NCBI GenBank assembly: GCA_035495255.1
Contig: DATJGD010000074.1
Location: 318-64,317, forward strand
Source: Bacteroidota bacterium
Lineage (GTDB): Bacteria; Bacteroidota; Ignavibacteria; UBA10030; SZUA-254
DNA length: 64,000 nucleotides
Direction of reading: 5' to 3'
Each line of letters opens with the position of its first letter. The first letter of the stretch is position 1. Of the stretch, positions 36,874-45,923 are shown in pieces. A model generated the notes under the pieces. It was not told the origin of the DNA. It saw only the letters and a list, made by a program, of their open reading frames with translations, and did no database searches. Position numbers and translations under genes: made by a program.

Positions 36874-37563
36874 TTACTCTTTGGCGCCTTCAATAACTAA
36901 CACAAACTCGCCCCGAATAGTGGCCTTTTCGAAATGACGGATAGCGAACGATATTTTTCCCCTGACGATCTCTTCGAACTTCTTCGTCATCTCGCGGGCG
37001 ACAGCGATCTCCCGGTCGCCAAAAGCCTCCAGCAGGTCGTTCAACGTCCTCATGAGCCGGTGAGGAGATTCATAGAGGACGATGGTGCGCTCCTCGGTTT
37101 TCAGCTTGTTCAGCATCGTCATCCTCCCCTTCTTCACGGGAAGAAATCCTTCGTAGGCGAACCTATGGGTTGCCAGGCCGCTGGTCACCAACGCCGGAAG
37201 AAACGCGGTCGCGCCGGGCACGGCAATCACGGTCAAATGTTCGTCAAGCGCCGCGCGGATGATCCGGTACGCGGGGTCGGAGATGCCCGGAGTGCCCGCG
37301 TCGGAGACGACGGCAATCGACGCGCCCCCTTTCAGCTTCGCGATGAGTTCGGGAACCCGCCGTACTTCGTTGAAGCTGTAATAGCTTACGAGAGGTTTGG
37401 AAATGTTGTAGCGATCAAGGAGGACTTTCGTCGTGCGGGTGTCTTCGGCGGCAATGAGGTCTACCGCGCCGAGCACGTTCACCGCACGGTAGGTGATATC
37501 CTCGAGATTGCCGATGGGGGTGCTGACGATAAAAAGGGTGCCTGATTGGACAGGTTCGGTCAT
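36874..37563 (-). CDS. rsmI: 16S rRNA (cytidine1402-2'-O)-methyltransferase RsmI
   Basis: LFIVSTPIGNLEDITYRAVNVLGAVDLIAAEDTRTTKVLLDRY tetrapyrrole-methylase fold signature of RsmI. Confidence 0.9.
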   Translation of the reverse strand: MTEPVQSGTLFIVSTPIGNLEDITYRAVNVLGAVDLIAAEDTRTTKVLLDRYNISKPLVSYYSFNEVRRVPELIAKLKGGASIAVVSDAGTPGISDPAYRIIRAALDEHLTVIAVPGATAFLPALVTSGLATHRFAYEGFLPVKKGRMTMLNKLKTEERTIVLYESPHRLMRTLNDLLEAFGDREIAVAREMTKKFEEIVRGKISFAIRHFEKATIRGEFVLVIEGAKE

Positions 37564-37618
37564 AGTAGTTCTTGAGCGGTGTGGCTACTCTCTGCGAGCC
37601 GGGGACGTTCAGTGGTAC

Positions 37619-38479
37619 TCAGATTCCCCAGTCTCTCGGATAACGAAAATCGATGTTGACAGTCCGGTGAGAGACTTTCGCGATCACCGGAGGACGGCGC
37701 TTGAACTGATTGCGCCGAACCAAACGCCGGATCTTCTCGATAAAATGCTGTTCAAATCCCCGTTCCATCAGCTCGTGATCGGTCCGCCTCTCGTCGATCA
37801 TATAGAAGAGAAGCTGGTCGACCAGCTTATAGGAAAATCCAAGCTCGTCTTCGTCCGTTTGTCCGCTCCAGAGGTCCGCGGTCGGTTTTTTCTCCACGAT
37901 TTTTTGCGGAACGCCTATCGCCGCCGCAAGCTGCCATATCTGAGTCTTATAAAGATCGCCCAGGGGATTGATCGCGCAGGCTGTATCGCCGAATTGGGTG
38001 CCGTAGCCGAGCATAATCTCCGTCTTGTTGCTTGTGCCCACGACAAGCCCGCATTCGCGCGCAGAAAGATCATAGAGCACGATCATCCGGGAGCGCGCCA
38101 TGATATTTCCCCGGCGGACGTTGTTGATATCTCCGTTGCGGGAGAGGTAAGCGTCCACCATCGAAGAAATTTCGACCGTCTCCGTCCGTATACCAAGCTG
38201 GCCGGATACGAGCTTCGCGTCCTCAAGGCTGTCCTTACTGCTGGAGGAATACGGCATCATTACCGCGAGAACGTTCTCTTTCCCCAACGCCTCGGCCGCA
38301 AGAAAGGCTGCCAGAGCGGAATCGACACCTCCGGAGAGGCCTAGAACGGCTTTCGAAAAGCCGGCATTGGTGGTCTCGTCGCGAATAAATTCGACGAGAA
38401 GGTTCCTGACAATGTCCGTATTGAGCTTTAATTGGGAAGCGAGCGTAGTTTCCATAGCCAAAAGATAAGGAAATGGCAA
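37619..38479 (-). CDS. nadE: NH3-dependent NAD+ synthetase
   Basis: PP-loop LGLSGGVDSALAAFLAAEAL, 286 aa. Confidence 0.9.
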   Translation of the reverse strand: MPFPYLLAMETTLASQLKLNTDIVRNLLVEFIRDETTNAGFSKAVLGLSGGVDSALAAFLAAEALGKENVLAVMMPYSSSSKDSLEDAKLVSGQLGIRTETVEISSMVDAYLSRNGDINNVRRGNIMARSRMIVLYDLSARECGLVVGTSNKTEIMLGYGTQFGDTACAINPLGDLYKTQIWQLAAAIGVPQKIVEKKPTADLWSGQTDEDELGFSYKLVDQLLFYMIDERRTDHELMERGFEQHFIEKIRRLVRRNQFKRRPPVIAKVSHRTVNIDFRYPRDWGI

Positions 38480-38503
38480 AGGAATTCAAATGTCAGGGCC
38501 ATA

Positions 38504-38532
38504 TTGACTATCCTTCCACGTTTCCTTATGTT
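38504..38532 (+). promoter_or_regulatory. sigma70-type promoter TTGACT-N17-TATGTT for the sensor kinase gene
   Basis: hexamers 38504-38509 and 38527-38532 in the nadE/kinase divergent spacer. Confidence 0.35.
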
Positions 38533-38592
38533 ACGGATAATCGACAGCACTTGTCCTTTTCCACGACCTCATTTCCTCGTATTCATCGATCA

Positions 38593-41559
38593 ATGTCCGG
38601 CATTTGGACATATTGTCATTGCTCTGTACTATTCGCTCTGTTGGCGCTGTCTCTTCCGGCCGGCGCTTCGCCTCAATTTCGGGAACTGTACGACGACTGG
38701 CGCTGGGTTCACTTCACGACAGAGGCCGGCCTCCCTTCGAATCATGTGCTCGACCTTGTCGAAACTTCCGACGGGACGATGTGGGCTGCCACCACAGCAG
38801 GCATCGCGAGGTATGACGGGTTCCAATGGCACGTCGCTCTTGCATCGTCATCACCCGAAGTTACCAGCGAAGAAATCAGGTTATCAACGGACGCGAAGGG
38901 GAATCTCATTGCGCTCCTTGAAGGAAAACTCTACAAAGAGGTAGACGACCAGCTTGTACGCGTCGACATCAGGAAGGACGGGAAAAGCATTTCTATCTGG
39001 TTCGCCTGCCGCACCGGCGACGATGAGTACATTTGTTTTGATGAGAAGCAGCGGTGTTACCGGTATCTGAGCGGGAGACTCGATTCGATACCTGTCCCGG
39101 GCCAACTTATCAATACCGTAGCCCATGGGGTTCAGGTATCCCAATACACTATGTGGTTGAGTACGACACAAGGGCTTTACGAGTGGTCGAAGTCAGGATG
39201 GGTTCAGCGTATCCCTGTCAGGGACGGCCGCTACGAGATGCAGACTATTTCACACAATGTGCAGGACGTAACGCTTGTCTCCCTCGTTCAGCCGCCGAGC
39301 GCCCGGGGACTCTGGATTTTTAAAGGCGAGGAAAAGGGCAGATATGTGGCTGAGGAAGGCGCGGAGCTTATTCGCGCGATGGATATTTCGCCTCTCTCGG
39401 ACACGATGATCGTCGTCTACAAGTCCGGGGAGGTCCGCTTCTATCAAAACAAGACCTGGAGTTCGCTCGAACATCCGCCGCAGCAGCTTCGCAGCGCTCT
39501 TATGGTGCGGTTCAGTACGAAAGGATTGTGGATCGGCACCGAATCCGGGCTCTATCTCGCAAAGATTTTTTCTCGACGTTGGTCATATTGGAGCCATCCA
39601 TTCCCGAGCACGATGTGCTCCATACATGAAATTGTCCGTTCACGGGACGGCTTGATATGGCTGGGGACAATGGGAGGAATCGAAATCCGGGACTCGAACG
39701 GGACGATGGTCCGCCAGATCACCGAGATCAACGGAAATAAGATACCCGTCATCACGGGCCTTGCCGAGGACAACGAAGGGAATATCTGGACATCCAGCGG
39801 CCTGACCTTCGACGGCGCCTATCAATGGAACGGACAGCGATGGAAACATTTTGGCGAAGCAGAAGGCCTTGCCTCGCCGAGGATCCATAAGATCCGGAAC
39901 GATCTTAACGGAAGAGTGTGGTTCATCGGGCTTCAGGCACGCGATGGCGACAGAACCCCGGGTGCCTTTCTTTACGATCATGGTGTTATCAGCCGGTGGA
40001 AGTCGGGCCCTGAAATTATGACCGGGCGTTTGTATTCGTTCGTTCAAACTGCGGATAGCGCGTTATGGTTCGGAGGCAGTGGCGGAGTGAGCCGGTGGAA
40101 GGAAGGCCAATGGCAGTACTGGCGGTTCGGCGTTAACATCAATGCCAATCCGTTCGTGCTCGCAGCGGGCCTGAACAATACCATGTGGCTCGGAGATCGA
40201 AATACCGGCGTGACGACGATTGATCCGGCCGACAAAGTCCATGCCGATACGAACCTGAGCATGCCCAGCCCCGCCGTTTGGGATCTCGGTCTCGACAACT
40301 ACGGCACGATGTGGATCGCCACCCGGAACGGCATCGTCGGCTGTAGAGACTCGACGGATTTTATGATCACCACGTCGGCAGGCCTCACGAACACGGAAAT
40401 CTGGCCTATCCTCCCGGCAAACGACCGCTTGTACATCGGGACGGACGGGGGCAGTGTCTGCGTCCTGAATTTCGAAGAACGGGAGAACCCGCCGCCACAG
40501 GTGGAAATTGAACCTCCGTCCGTCGATGTCAGCGACGTCCTTCTTCGCTGGCACGCCTTTTCCTACTGGGGTGAAGTGCGCGAAGATAATATCCTGACCA
40601 GATACAGCCTCGACGGCAAAACCTGGTCGAAGTGGTCGCCGGAGCGGGAGCTCACGCTGAACTCGGTTCCTGAGGGAAAGCACCGTTTTCTCGTGCAGGC
40701 GAAAGGGCTCTTCGGAAAATTCCGGGACACCCCGTACATCAAAGCATTTACCATCGCCCCGCCGCTCTATCGCAGGGCAAGCGTGATGGTCCCCGCGGGG
40801 ATTCTCGTGTTCGCGGTGATTTATCTTGCCGCCGCGCTGGTCATTCGAAAGCGCCAGCACACGAGCTCCCTTATCGTCTACCGCGATCAGCTGCGCTCTC
40901 TCGCATCGCAGCTCTCGATTACCGAAGACCGGGAACGGCGCCGCATGGCCACGTACGTACACGATTCGATAAGCCAGGCGCTCGCATTCTGCAAGATCAA
41001 GCTTGCCGCGCTGAGAGATGCACAATCCCCGACCGACGTTACAAGGGCTGTCGACGAGGTGAGCGAACTCATGAGCCAGTCGATAGAAAGCGCTCAAACG
41101 CTCACCTTCGAGCTGAGCCCGCCGGTGTTGTACGAGCTCACGTTTGTTGAAGCCCTCGAATGGCTTGCCGACGTTATGGAGGGGAAGCACGGCCTCAGGA
41201 TCGACTTCTCCGACGACGGCGCGCCGAAACCTCTCGGTGAGGACGTCCGCGGGATCCTCTTTCACGCTGTCAAGGAATGCCTCGTGAACGTCGTCAAACA
41301 TTCGAAGTCGCGTCACGCTCAGATCTCCGTGATGAGATTGGGTGATACTATCAGGATTACCGTCAAGGATGAGGGGGTCGGCATGGCGAGAGAGCAGCTT
41401 CAAACACGGACAACAACATTCGGCTTGTTCAATATCCGGGAAAGGATCTCCAGCCTTGGCGGGAGCGTCATCATCGATTCGAAGCCGGGACTCGGCACGA
41501 CGGTCAGCCTTACAACTCCGTTGAGTACTCAATCCTCCGGTCAGGGAATCAGAATATGA
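38593..41559 (+). CDS. hybrid-type sensor histidine kinase with periplasmic two-component-regulator beta-propeller and Y_Y_Y domain, HisKA_3/HATPase_c output
   Basis: signal peptide; long WD/propeller-like periplasmic region with repeated W..GT..GL motifs; TM (VMVPAGILVFAVIYLAAALVI); H-box HDSISQALAFCKIKL (NarX/DegS-type); G-boxes DEGVGM, GLFNIRERISSLGG. Confidence 0.85.
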   Translation: MSGIWTYCHCSVLFALLALSLPAGASPQFRELYDDWRWVHFTTEAGLPSNHVLDLVETSDGTMWAATTAGIARYDGFQWHVALASSSPEVTSEEIRLSTDAKGNLIALLEGKLYKEVDDQLVRVDIRKDGKSISIWFACRTGDDEYICFDEKQRCYRYLSGRLDSIPVPGQLINTVAHGVQVSQYTMWLSTTQGLYEWSKSGWVQRIPVRDGRYEMQTISHNVQDVTLVSLVQPPSARGLWIFKGEEKGRYVAEEGAELIRAMDISPLSDTMIVVYKSGEVRFYQNKTWSSLEHPPQQLRSALMVRFSTKGLWIGTESGLYLAKIFSRRWSYWSHPFPSTMCSIHEIVRSRDGLIWLGTMGGIEIRDSNGTMVRQITEINGNKIPVITGLAEDNEGNIWTSSGLTFDGAYQWNGQRWKHFGEAEGLASPRIHKIRNDLNGRVWFIGLQARDGDRTPGAFLYDHGVISRWKSGPEIMTGRLYSFVQTADSALWFGGSGGVSRWKEGQWQYWRFGVNINANPFVLAAGLNNTMWLGDRNTGVTTIDPADKVHADTNLSMPSPAVWDLGLDNYGTMWIATRNGIVGCRDSTDFMITTSAGLTNTEIWPILPANDRLYIGTDGGSVCVLNFEERENPPPQVEIEPPSVDVSDVLLRWHAFSYWGEVREDNILTRYSLDGKTWSKWSPERELTLNSVPEGKHRFLVQAKGLFGKFRDTPYIKAFTIAPPLYRRASVMVPAGILVFAVIYLAAALVIRKRQHTSSLIVYRDQLRSLASQLSITEDRERRRMATYVHDSISQALAFCKIKLAALRDAQSPTDVTRAVDEVSELMSQSIESAQTLTFELSPPVLYELTFVEALEWLADVMEGKHGLRIDFSDDGAPKPLGEDVRGILFHAVKECLVNVVKHSKSRHAQISVMRLGDTIRITVKDEGVGMAREQLQTRTTTFGLFNIRERISSLGGSVIIDSKPGLGTTVSLTTPLSTQSSGQGIRI

Positions 41560-42212
41560 CCCAGACAAGAGTTATCGTTGCCGACGATCACCGGATCTTG
41601 CGGGAAGGAATCCGCACGCTGCTTCTCAAGCATAAAGATATGGCGGTCGTCGCCGAAGCAGACAACGGGCGTGAAACGGTCCGGCTGGCAAGGGAGCTTT
41701 CACCCCATGTCGTGATTATGGATATCACGATGCCGGGGATGAACGGCATGGAAGCCACACGGCAGATCCTGGCAGAGCAGCCGGAGATAAAGATAATCGC
41801 GTTGTCGATGCACTCCGACAAACGGTTCGTCGCGAGCATGCTCAACGCGGGGGCATCGGGCTATCTCCGGAAAGACTGTGCCGCGGATGAGCTCATTGTC
41901 GCGATCGGCACTGTCATGAGGGGAGAAATCCACCTCAGCCCAAAACTCATCGGGGTGGTGGCGAAGGACCTTGCCAAAGTTAACAGCGAAGGGGCAGAAG
42001 AATCGGACTCGGTCCGGCTTACCTCGCGTGAAAACGAAGTGCTCCAGCTGCTCGTCGAAGGGAAATCCACCAAACAGATGGCGGAGATCCTGAATATCAG
42101 CGGAAAAACGATTGAGAAGTACCGCAAGAGCATCATGGAGAAGGTCAACGTACGCTCGCTGTCTGAGCTGACAAAATACGCCGTACGGGAAGGCATCACG
42201 CCGCTCGAATAA
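41556..42212 (+). CDS. NarL/FixJ-family response regulator (receiver + LuxR-type HTH)
   Basis: VIVADDHRILREG, VIMDITMPGMNG, C-terminal LTSRENEVLQLLVEGKSTKQMAEILNISGKTIEKYR; ATGA overlap with the kinase gene. Confidence 0.9.
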   Translation: MTQTRVIVADDHRILREGIRTLLLKHKDMAVVAEADNGRETVRLARELSPHVVIMDITMPGMNGMEATRQILAEQPEIKIIALSMHSDKRFVASMLNAGASGYLRKDCAADELIVAIGTVMRGEIHLSPKLIGVVAKDLAKVNSEGAEESDSVRLTSRENEVLQLLVEGKSTKQMAEILNISGKTIEKYRKSIMEKVNVRSLSELTKYAVREGITPLE

Positions 42213-42220
42213 AATGAAAA

Positions 42221-42249
42221 GCCCCGGGACGTCCCTACTGTCACGGGGC
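42221..42249. terminator. possible bidirectional terminator hairpin between convergent genes
   Basis: GCCCCG-GGACGTCCCTACTGTCA-CGGGGC; no strong T-tract. Confidence 0.35.
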
Positions 42250-42307
42250 CTGTTCAGGCACTAATCCACCAGCGTGCCTTCACTTCGAAACAACATAGAA
42301 TTTTCCC

Positions 42308-43681
42308 TTACAACCCGTGCAGAGATTCCCTGAGGATCGTGATGCCTTCGTCGACTTCCTTTTCGGAAATATTCAGCGGCGGCCTGAATCTGAGTGAACG
42401 ATCGCCGGATCCGAGAATGACCAGCCCCTTCTCGTAGGCTTTTTTCCGGACGGCTGTACGATCTTCCGCGTTTCGAAGATCGAACGCGCAGAATAATCCT
42501 TTGCCCCGCACGTTGCTCACCATTGCGGGAAACTCCCGCGCAAGATCGGAAAGCTGCTGCAGCAAATGATCACCCACCACGCGCGCGTTCTCGACAAGGT
42601 TTTCCTCTTCGATGATCTCCAGGAATCGCTGAGAACGCACCATGTCGACAAGCCCTCCGCCCCACGTAGAATTAAGCCTGCTCGCAAGCTTAAACACGTT
42701 ATTGTCAACCTCGTTCACACGGTCGCTCGCCATGAACCCGCACACCTGCGTCTTCTTTCCGAAGGTGATCATGTCGGGTTTGACAAAGTATTCGTGCGCC
42801 CACATTCTTCCCGTGAGCCCGACGCCCGTCTGGACCTCGTCGAAGATGAGCATCATGTCGTGCTCATCCGCGATGCGGCGGAGCTCGACGAAGAACTCTT
42901 TGCGGAAATGGTTGTCTCCCCCTTCTCCCTGGATGGGTTCGAGAATGATCGCCGCGATGTCGTCTCCGTTTGACCGGATCGCAGACATGATCTGGTCGAG
43001 CGACGCCTGTTCGGCGTTCTTTACCGCAGCGAGATTCTCCTCGTTGAGCGGAAAATGAATTGCCGGATTGAGCACTCTCGGCCACCGGAATTTCGGGAAC
43101 AGATCCGTTTTTGTCGGATCCGTATTTGTCAGCGAAAGCGTGTACCCCGTGCGTCCGTGGAAGCATTTCTGCAAATGAATGACCTGCGTCCCTTTGTCTC
43201 CGTTTCGTCCTTTCGCCCTGTTCTTCCGGATCTTCCAGTCGAACGCGGTCTTCAGCGCGTTCTCGACCGCAAGCGCGCCTCCTTCGATGAAGAAGACATG
43301 GGGAAGATACGCCGGCATGGCGATACGGGCAAACGTGTCGACAAATTCCGCAAATTCGACAGACAAAGCGTCAGAGTTTGTCAGTTTGTTCAACGCCGCA
43401 GCCAGAAGTTTTTCCTGGAACTGCGGGTCTGCCAGTTTCGGATGGTTCATGCCGATCGGCATTGAGGCCACGAACGTAAAAAAGTCCAGGAACTTCCTGT
43501 TTGTTTTGGAATCGTAGATGTAGGATCCCTGACTCCGCTCGAGATCGACGACGAAGTCAAGCGCGTCGACAAGCATGTGCTTGCCGATGGTTTCGTGGAC
43601 AGCCATCGGATGGATGGATGACCGCACGTTATGTTGTACTACCATTTCAGTGGAAGCGATTCGCCCTGAATCGAATTTCAT
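42308..43681 (-). CDS. class-III aminotransferase, L-lysine 6-(epsilon)-aminotransferase-like
   Basis: ~450 aa PLP fold-type I; N-terminal HETIGKHMLVDALDFVVDLERSQGSYIYD resembles lysine epsilon-aminotransferases. Confidence 0.6.
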   Translation of the reverse strand: MKFDSGRIASTEMVVQHNVRSSIHPMAVHETIGKHMLVDALDFVVDLERSQGSYIYDSKTNRKFLDFFTFVASMPIGMNHPKLADPQFQEKLLAAALNKLTNSDALSVEFAEFVDTFARIAMPAYLPHVFFIEGGALAVENALKTAFDWKIRKNRAKGRNGDKGTQVIHLQKCFHGRTGYTLSLTNTDPTKTDLFPKFRWPRVLNPAIHFPLNEENLAAVKNAEQASLDQIMSAIRSNGDDIAAIILEPIQGEGGDNHFRKEFFVELRRIADEHDMMLIFDEVQTGVGLTGRMWAHEYFVKPDMITFGKKTQVCGFMASDRVNEVDNNVFKLASRLNSTWGGGLVDMVRSQRFLEIIEEENLVENARVVGDHLLQQLSDLAREFPAMVSNVRGKGLFCAFDLRNAEDRTAVRKKAYEKGLVILGSGDRSLRFRPPLNISEKEVDEGITILRESLHGL

Positions 43682-44017
43682 ATGGCACCTTTATGAATGA
43701 GCCGTTGAACATGACAACGGACTTCTGGTACAATGATAATGGGTTTGTTAAGCAGCTGCTACAGAGAGATCCCCGCGCAGCTATCGGGGAGGGCGAAGCT
43801 TAGAAGAATTCCTGGTGCTCGAAGAGGGAGACGATATAGGGGCGTCCAAGAATGCGGAGTTTGGAGTTCTTTTTACGGATTCCGGTATGTTGGACGGTCT
43901 TCATGGGAGTAATATACGGAAAAAAAGCTTCGGATTCAATGGAAAAGATTACCCCATAAAACACAAAAGCCATCGACCGAAATCGAAGGCTTCCGCATTA
44001 GTAGTGTCTTCGATAGC

Positions 44018-44758
44018 CTACTTGGATATTGTCACAGGCACATCAATGCTGTCGGGATAAACGTTCGCGCCTTCATTGATGAAGCCGGATCTGTTAATAA
44101 CTACTTCTATGAAGTATTTCCCCGGAGGCACACCGGTGACATCAAGCCACTGGCAATCCAGATAACTTCCATACACGTCGCCCCAGCCGACTGAAATTCC
44201 CTGATTGGAGCAGGTGTATCCCTGTGAGGGATACCCTTTCCAGTATTGGGCAACGTCCATGAGGCAGAACGCCTGTTTGTGGCCGGTGACAACCACTCCT
44301 GTGGTATTGCGCAAACGGTACTCGGAAAAGCCTCTGAGGTGGTAGTGTCCGTGGCACGGGCTATACACAAACCAATCGGGATGCGCCGCGGGATCCCCTA
44401 AGATGACATCCGCGGTTCCCAGGTTCGGCGTCGCTACGTCGAATCGCATGATTCTCCGCTTGCCGGAAACAATGCAGCTTTCGACAACCGCGCAGTCGGT
44501 CGGCTTAAATACTTTCCCGGAAAACTTTATGCTTCCTGCCAGCCGCGCCGAGTCGATGGTTATGTCGGGATATGCCGTAGTAACGGTCACGGGAGTCTCT
44601 GTCGGAGGCTGCGTTCCAATTTTTGTCCCGGTCGAAGGAGCAATGGGAGTCGGTGGCTCGGTTGAGCAATCCCATTGCATGAATGCCAGCACGATGAGAA
44701 TGATTCCCGCGAAGGCAATGTATAGCGCTTTGTAATTATTCATGGCACAATCCGGCAA
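44018..44758 (-). CDS. secreted lysyl oxidase (LOX, copper amine oxidase, LTQ cofactor) family protein
   Basis: signal peptide; copper site SPCHGHYH (LOX WEWHSCHQHYH); GHKQAFCLMD (LOX GHKASFCLED, LTQ Lys); QGISVGWGDVYGSYLDCQWLDVTGVPPGKYFIEV (LOX [34 protein letters not shown]). Confidence 0.7.
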   Translation of the reverse strand: MPDCAMNNYKALYIAFAGIILIVLAFMQWDCSTEPPTPIAPSTGTKIGTQPPTETPVTVTTAYPDITIDSARLAGSIKFSGKVFKPTDCAVVESCIVSGKRRIMRFDVATPNLGTADVILGDPAAHPDWFVYSPCHGHYHLRGFSEYRLRNTTGVVVTGHKQAFCLMDVAQYWKGYPSQGYTCSNQGISVGWGDVYGSYLDCQWLDVTGVPPGKYFIEVVINRSGFINEGANVYPDSIDVPVTISK

Positions 44759-44918
44759 AGTTGTTGAAGAAATTCAGGAATACCGTCCCAATTGGGGAGG
44801 TAATATAGATAAAAGGGACGGGAGAGTCAATGAAAGATTCTTATTAGAATGAGGACCTCACTCTTCCGCAACTTAACAGGTTTTCGCAGCTAAGGAAGGA
44901 CAGAACTTTAGGGGCAAT

Positions 44919-44950
44919 AAAAAACCCTCCCGACTATAGGATCGGGAGGG
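44919..44950 (-). terminator. Rho-independent terminator downstream of the 44989..45654 gene
   Basis: minus-strand hairpin CCCTCCCGA-TCCTATAG-TCGGGAGGG followed by TTTTTT. Confidence 0.65.
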
Positions 44951-44988
44951 TTCGCTACCTAACTATATTTTATTGAGCGTCGTCCGAG

Positions 44989-45654
44989 TTAGTCGTGATC
45001 GTAGCGTTTGTACTTGCGATCACCGTAGCGGTTGTTGTAACCGTAATGGCCTTTATAATCTCTGTCGTTGTCGCGATACCGCGATTGCGAGAACTGGTTG
45101 CAAATGACCGGGAAGCTGTTTCCCGAGGATCGCAGGCGAAGCACCTCGGCAGAGTTCCGATGATATCGGTTTGCCAGGAAGTTCGCATTGATCGTGCTGA
45201 CGACACACGCGTCAGACACCATAATCCGGCGGGGTCTCTTCTTCCAGTAGCCCCACGCTTTTCCGTAGGGAGGGCCGGAAGGCCGGCCGGTCTCATAGTA
45301 ACCGGTCTGCGTGTAGCCATCCTGATTGTAGTACGCCTGATCAATTCCACAACGATCCGAAATCTCGCCCCAGCTTACGCCCTGTCTTCGCATCTGGATA
45401 ATGTCATCAGGTGAATAGCCCGAGCGCTGGGACATGTACAATACGACCGGAATTTCTTCGTCGCAGATTCCCTGCCGCTGAATATAGGTGATGTCATTGG
45501 CCGGTACGCGGTAGTAGTCACCGATCGCCATATGGAAGCCCTGCACCTGGCCGTTCGCAATCGTAATGCCGAAACTTGCTCCCTGAGCCTGAGCTTTGCC
45601 GGTACCCAGAAGGGCGGTGAATAAAAATGTCAGAACAATCAATGCACGTTTCAT
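44989..45654 (-). CDS. secreted hypothetical protein with Tyr/Arg/Asp/Asn-rich low-complexity C-terminal tail
   Basis: signal peptide MKRALIVLTFLFTALLGTGKAQA; tail YRDNDRDYKGHYGYNNRYGDRKYKRYDHD. Confidence 0.5.
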   Translation of the reverse strand: MKRALIVLTFLFTALLGTGKAQAQGASFGITIANGQVQGFHMAIGDYYRVPANDITYIQRQGICDEEIPVVLYMSQRSGYSPDDIIQMRRQGVSWGEISDRCGIDQAYYNQDGYTQTGYYETGRPSGPPYGKAWGYWKKRPRRIMVSDACVVSTINANFLANRYHRNSAEVLRLRSSGNSFPVICNQFSQSRYRDNDRDYKGHYGYNNRYGDRKYKRYDHD

Positions 45655-45923
45655 AGTAGTACTCCTTTTATAAAATGTTCAATTCTTCTTTTGACAAACG
45701 CCGTGCCGATGTTGCTTTTCTGCTATTCTGAATAGAATTGGAAGGAAAAAACGGGAGAATTAAAGCGCGTTAATCTTAATGTCCTAAAAAATGAACAGGC
45801 GAACTGGACAGTCAGGTCGGCAATTTTTGGAAGGAATATTGATGAGGTTGAAATTAGAAAGCCGCAGGGTGAAGAATGACTTCGCCCTGCGGCCTATGTT
45901 GAAACGCAGTACTTGTCGCGATG

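Noticed and set aside
43815-44060. 81-aa plus-strand ORF in the LAT/LOX intergenic region
   Set aside because: No motifs. It overlaps the 3' end of the lysyl-oxidase gene on the opposite strand and is probably non-coding.
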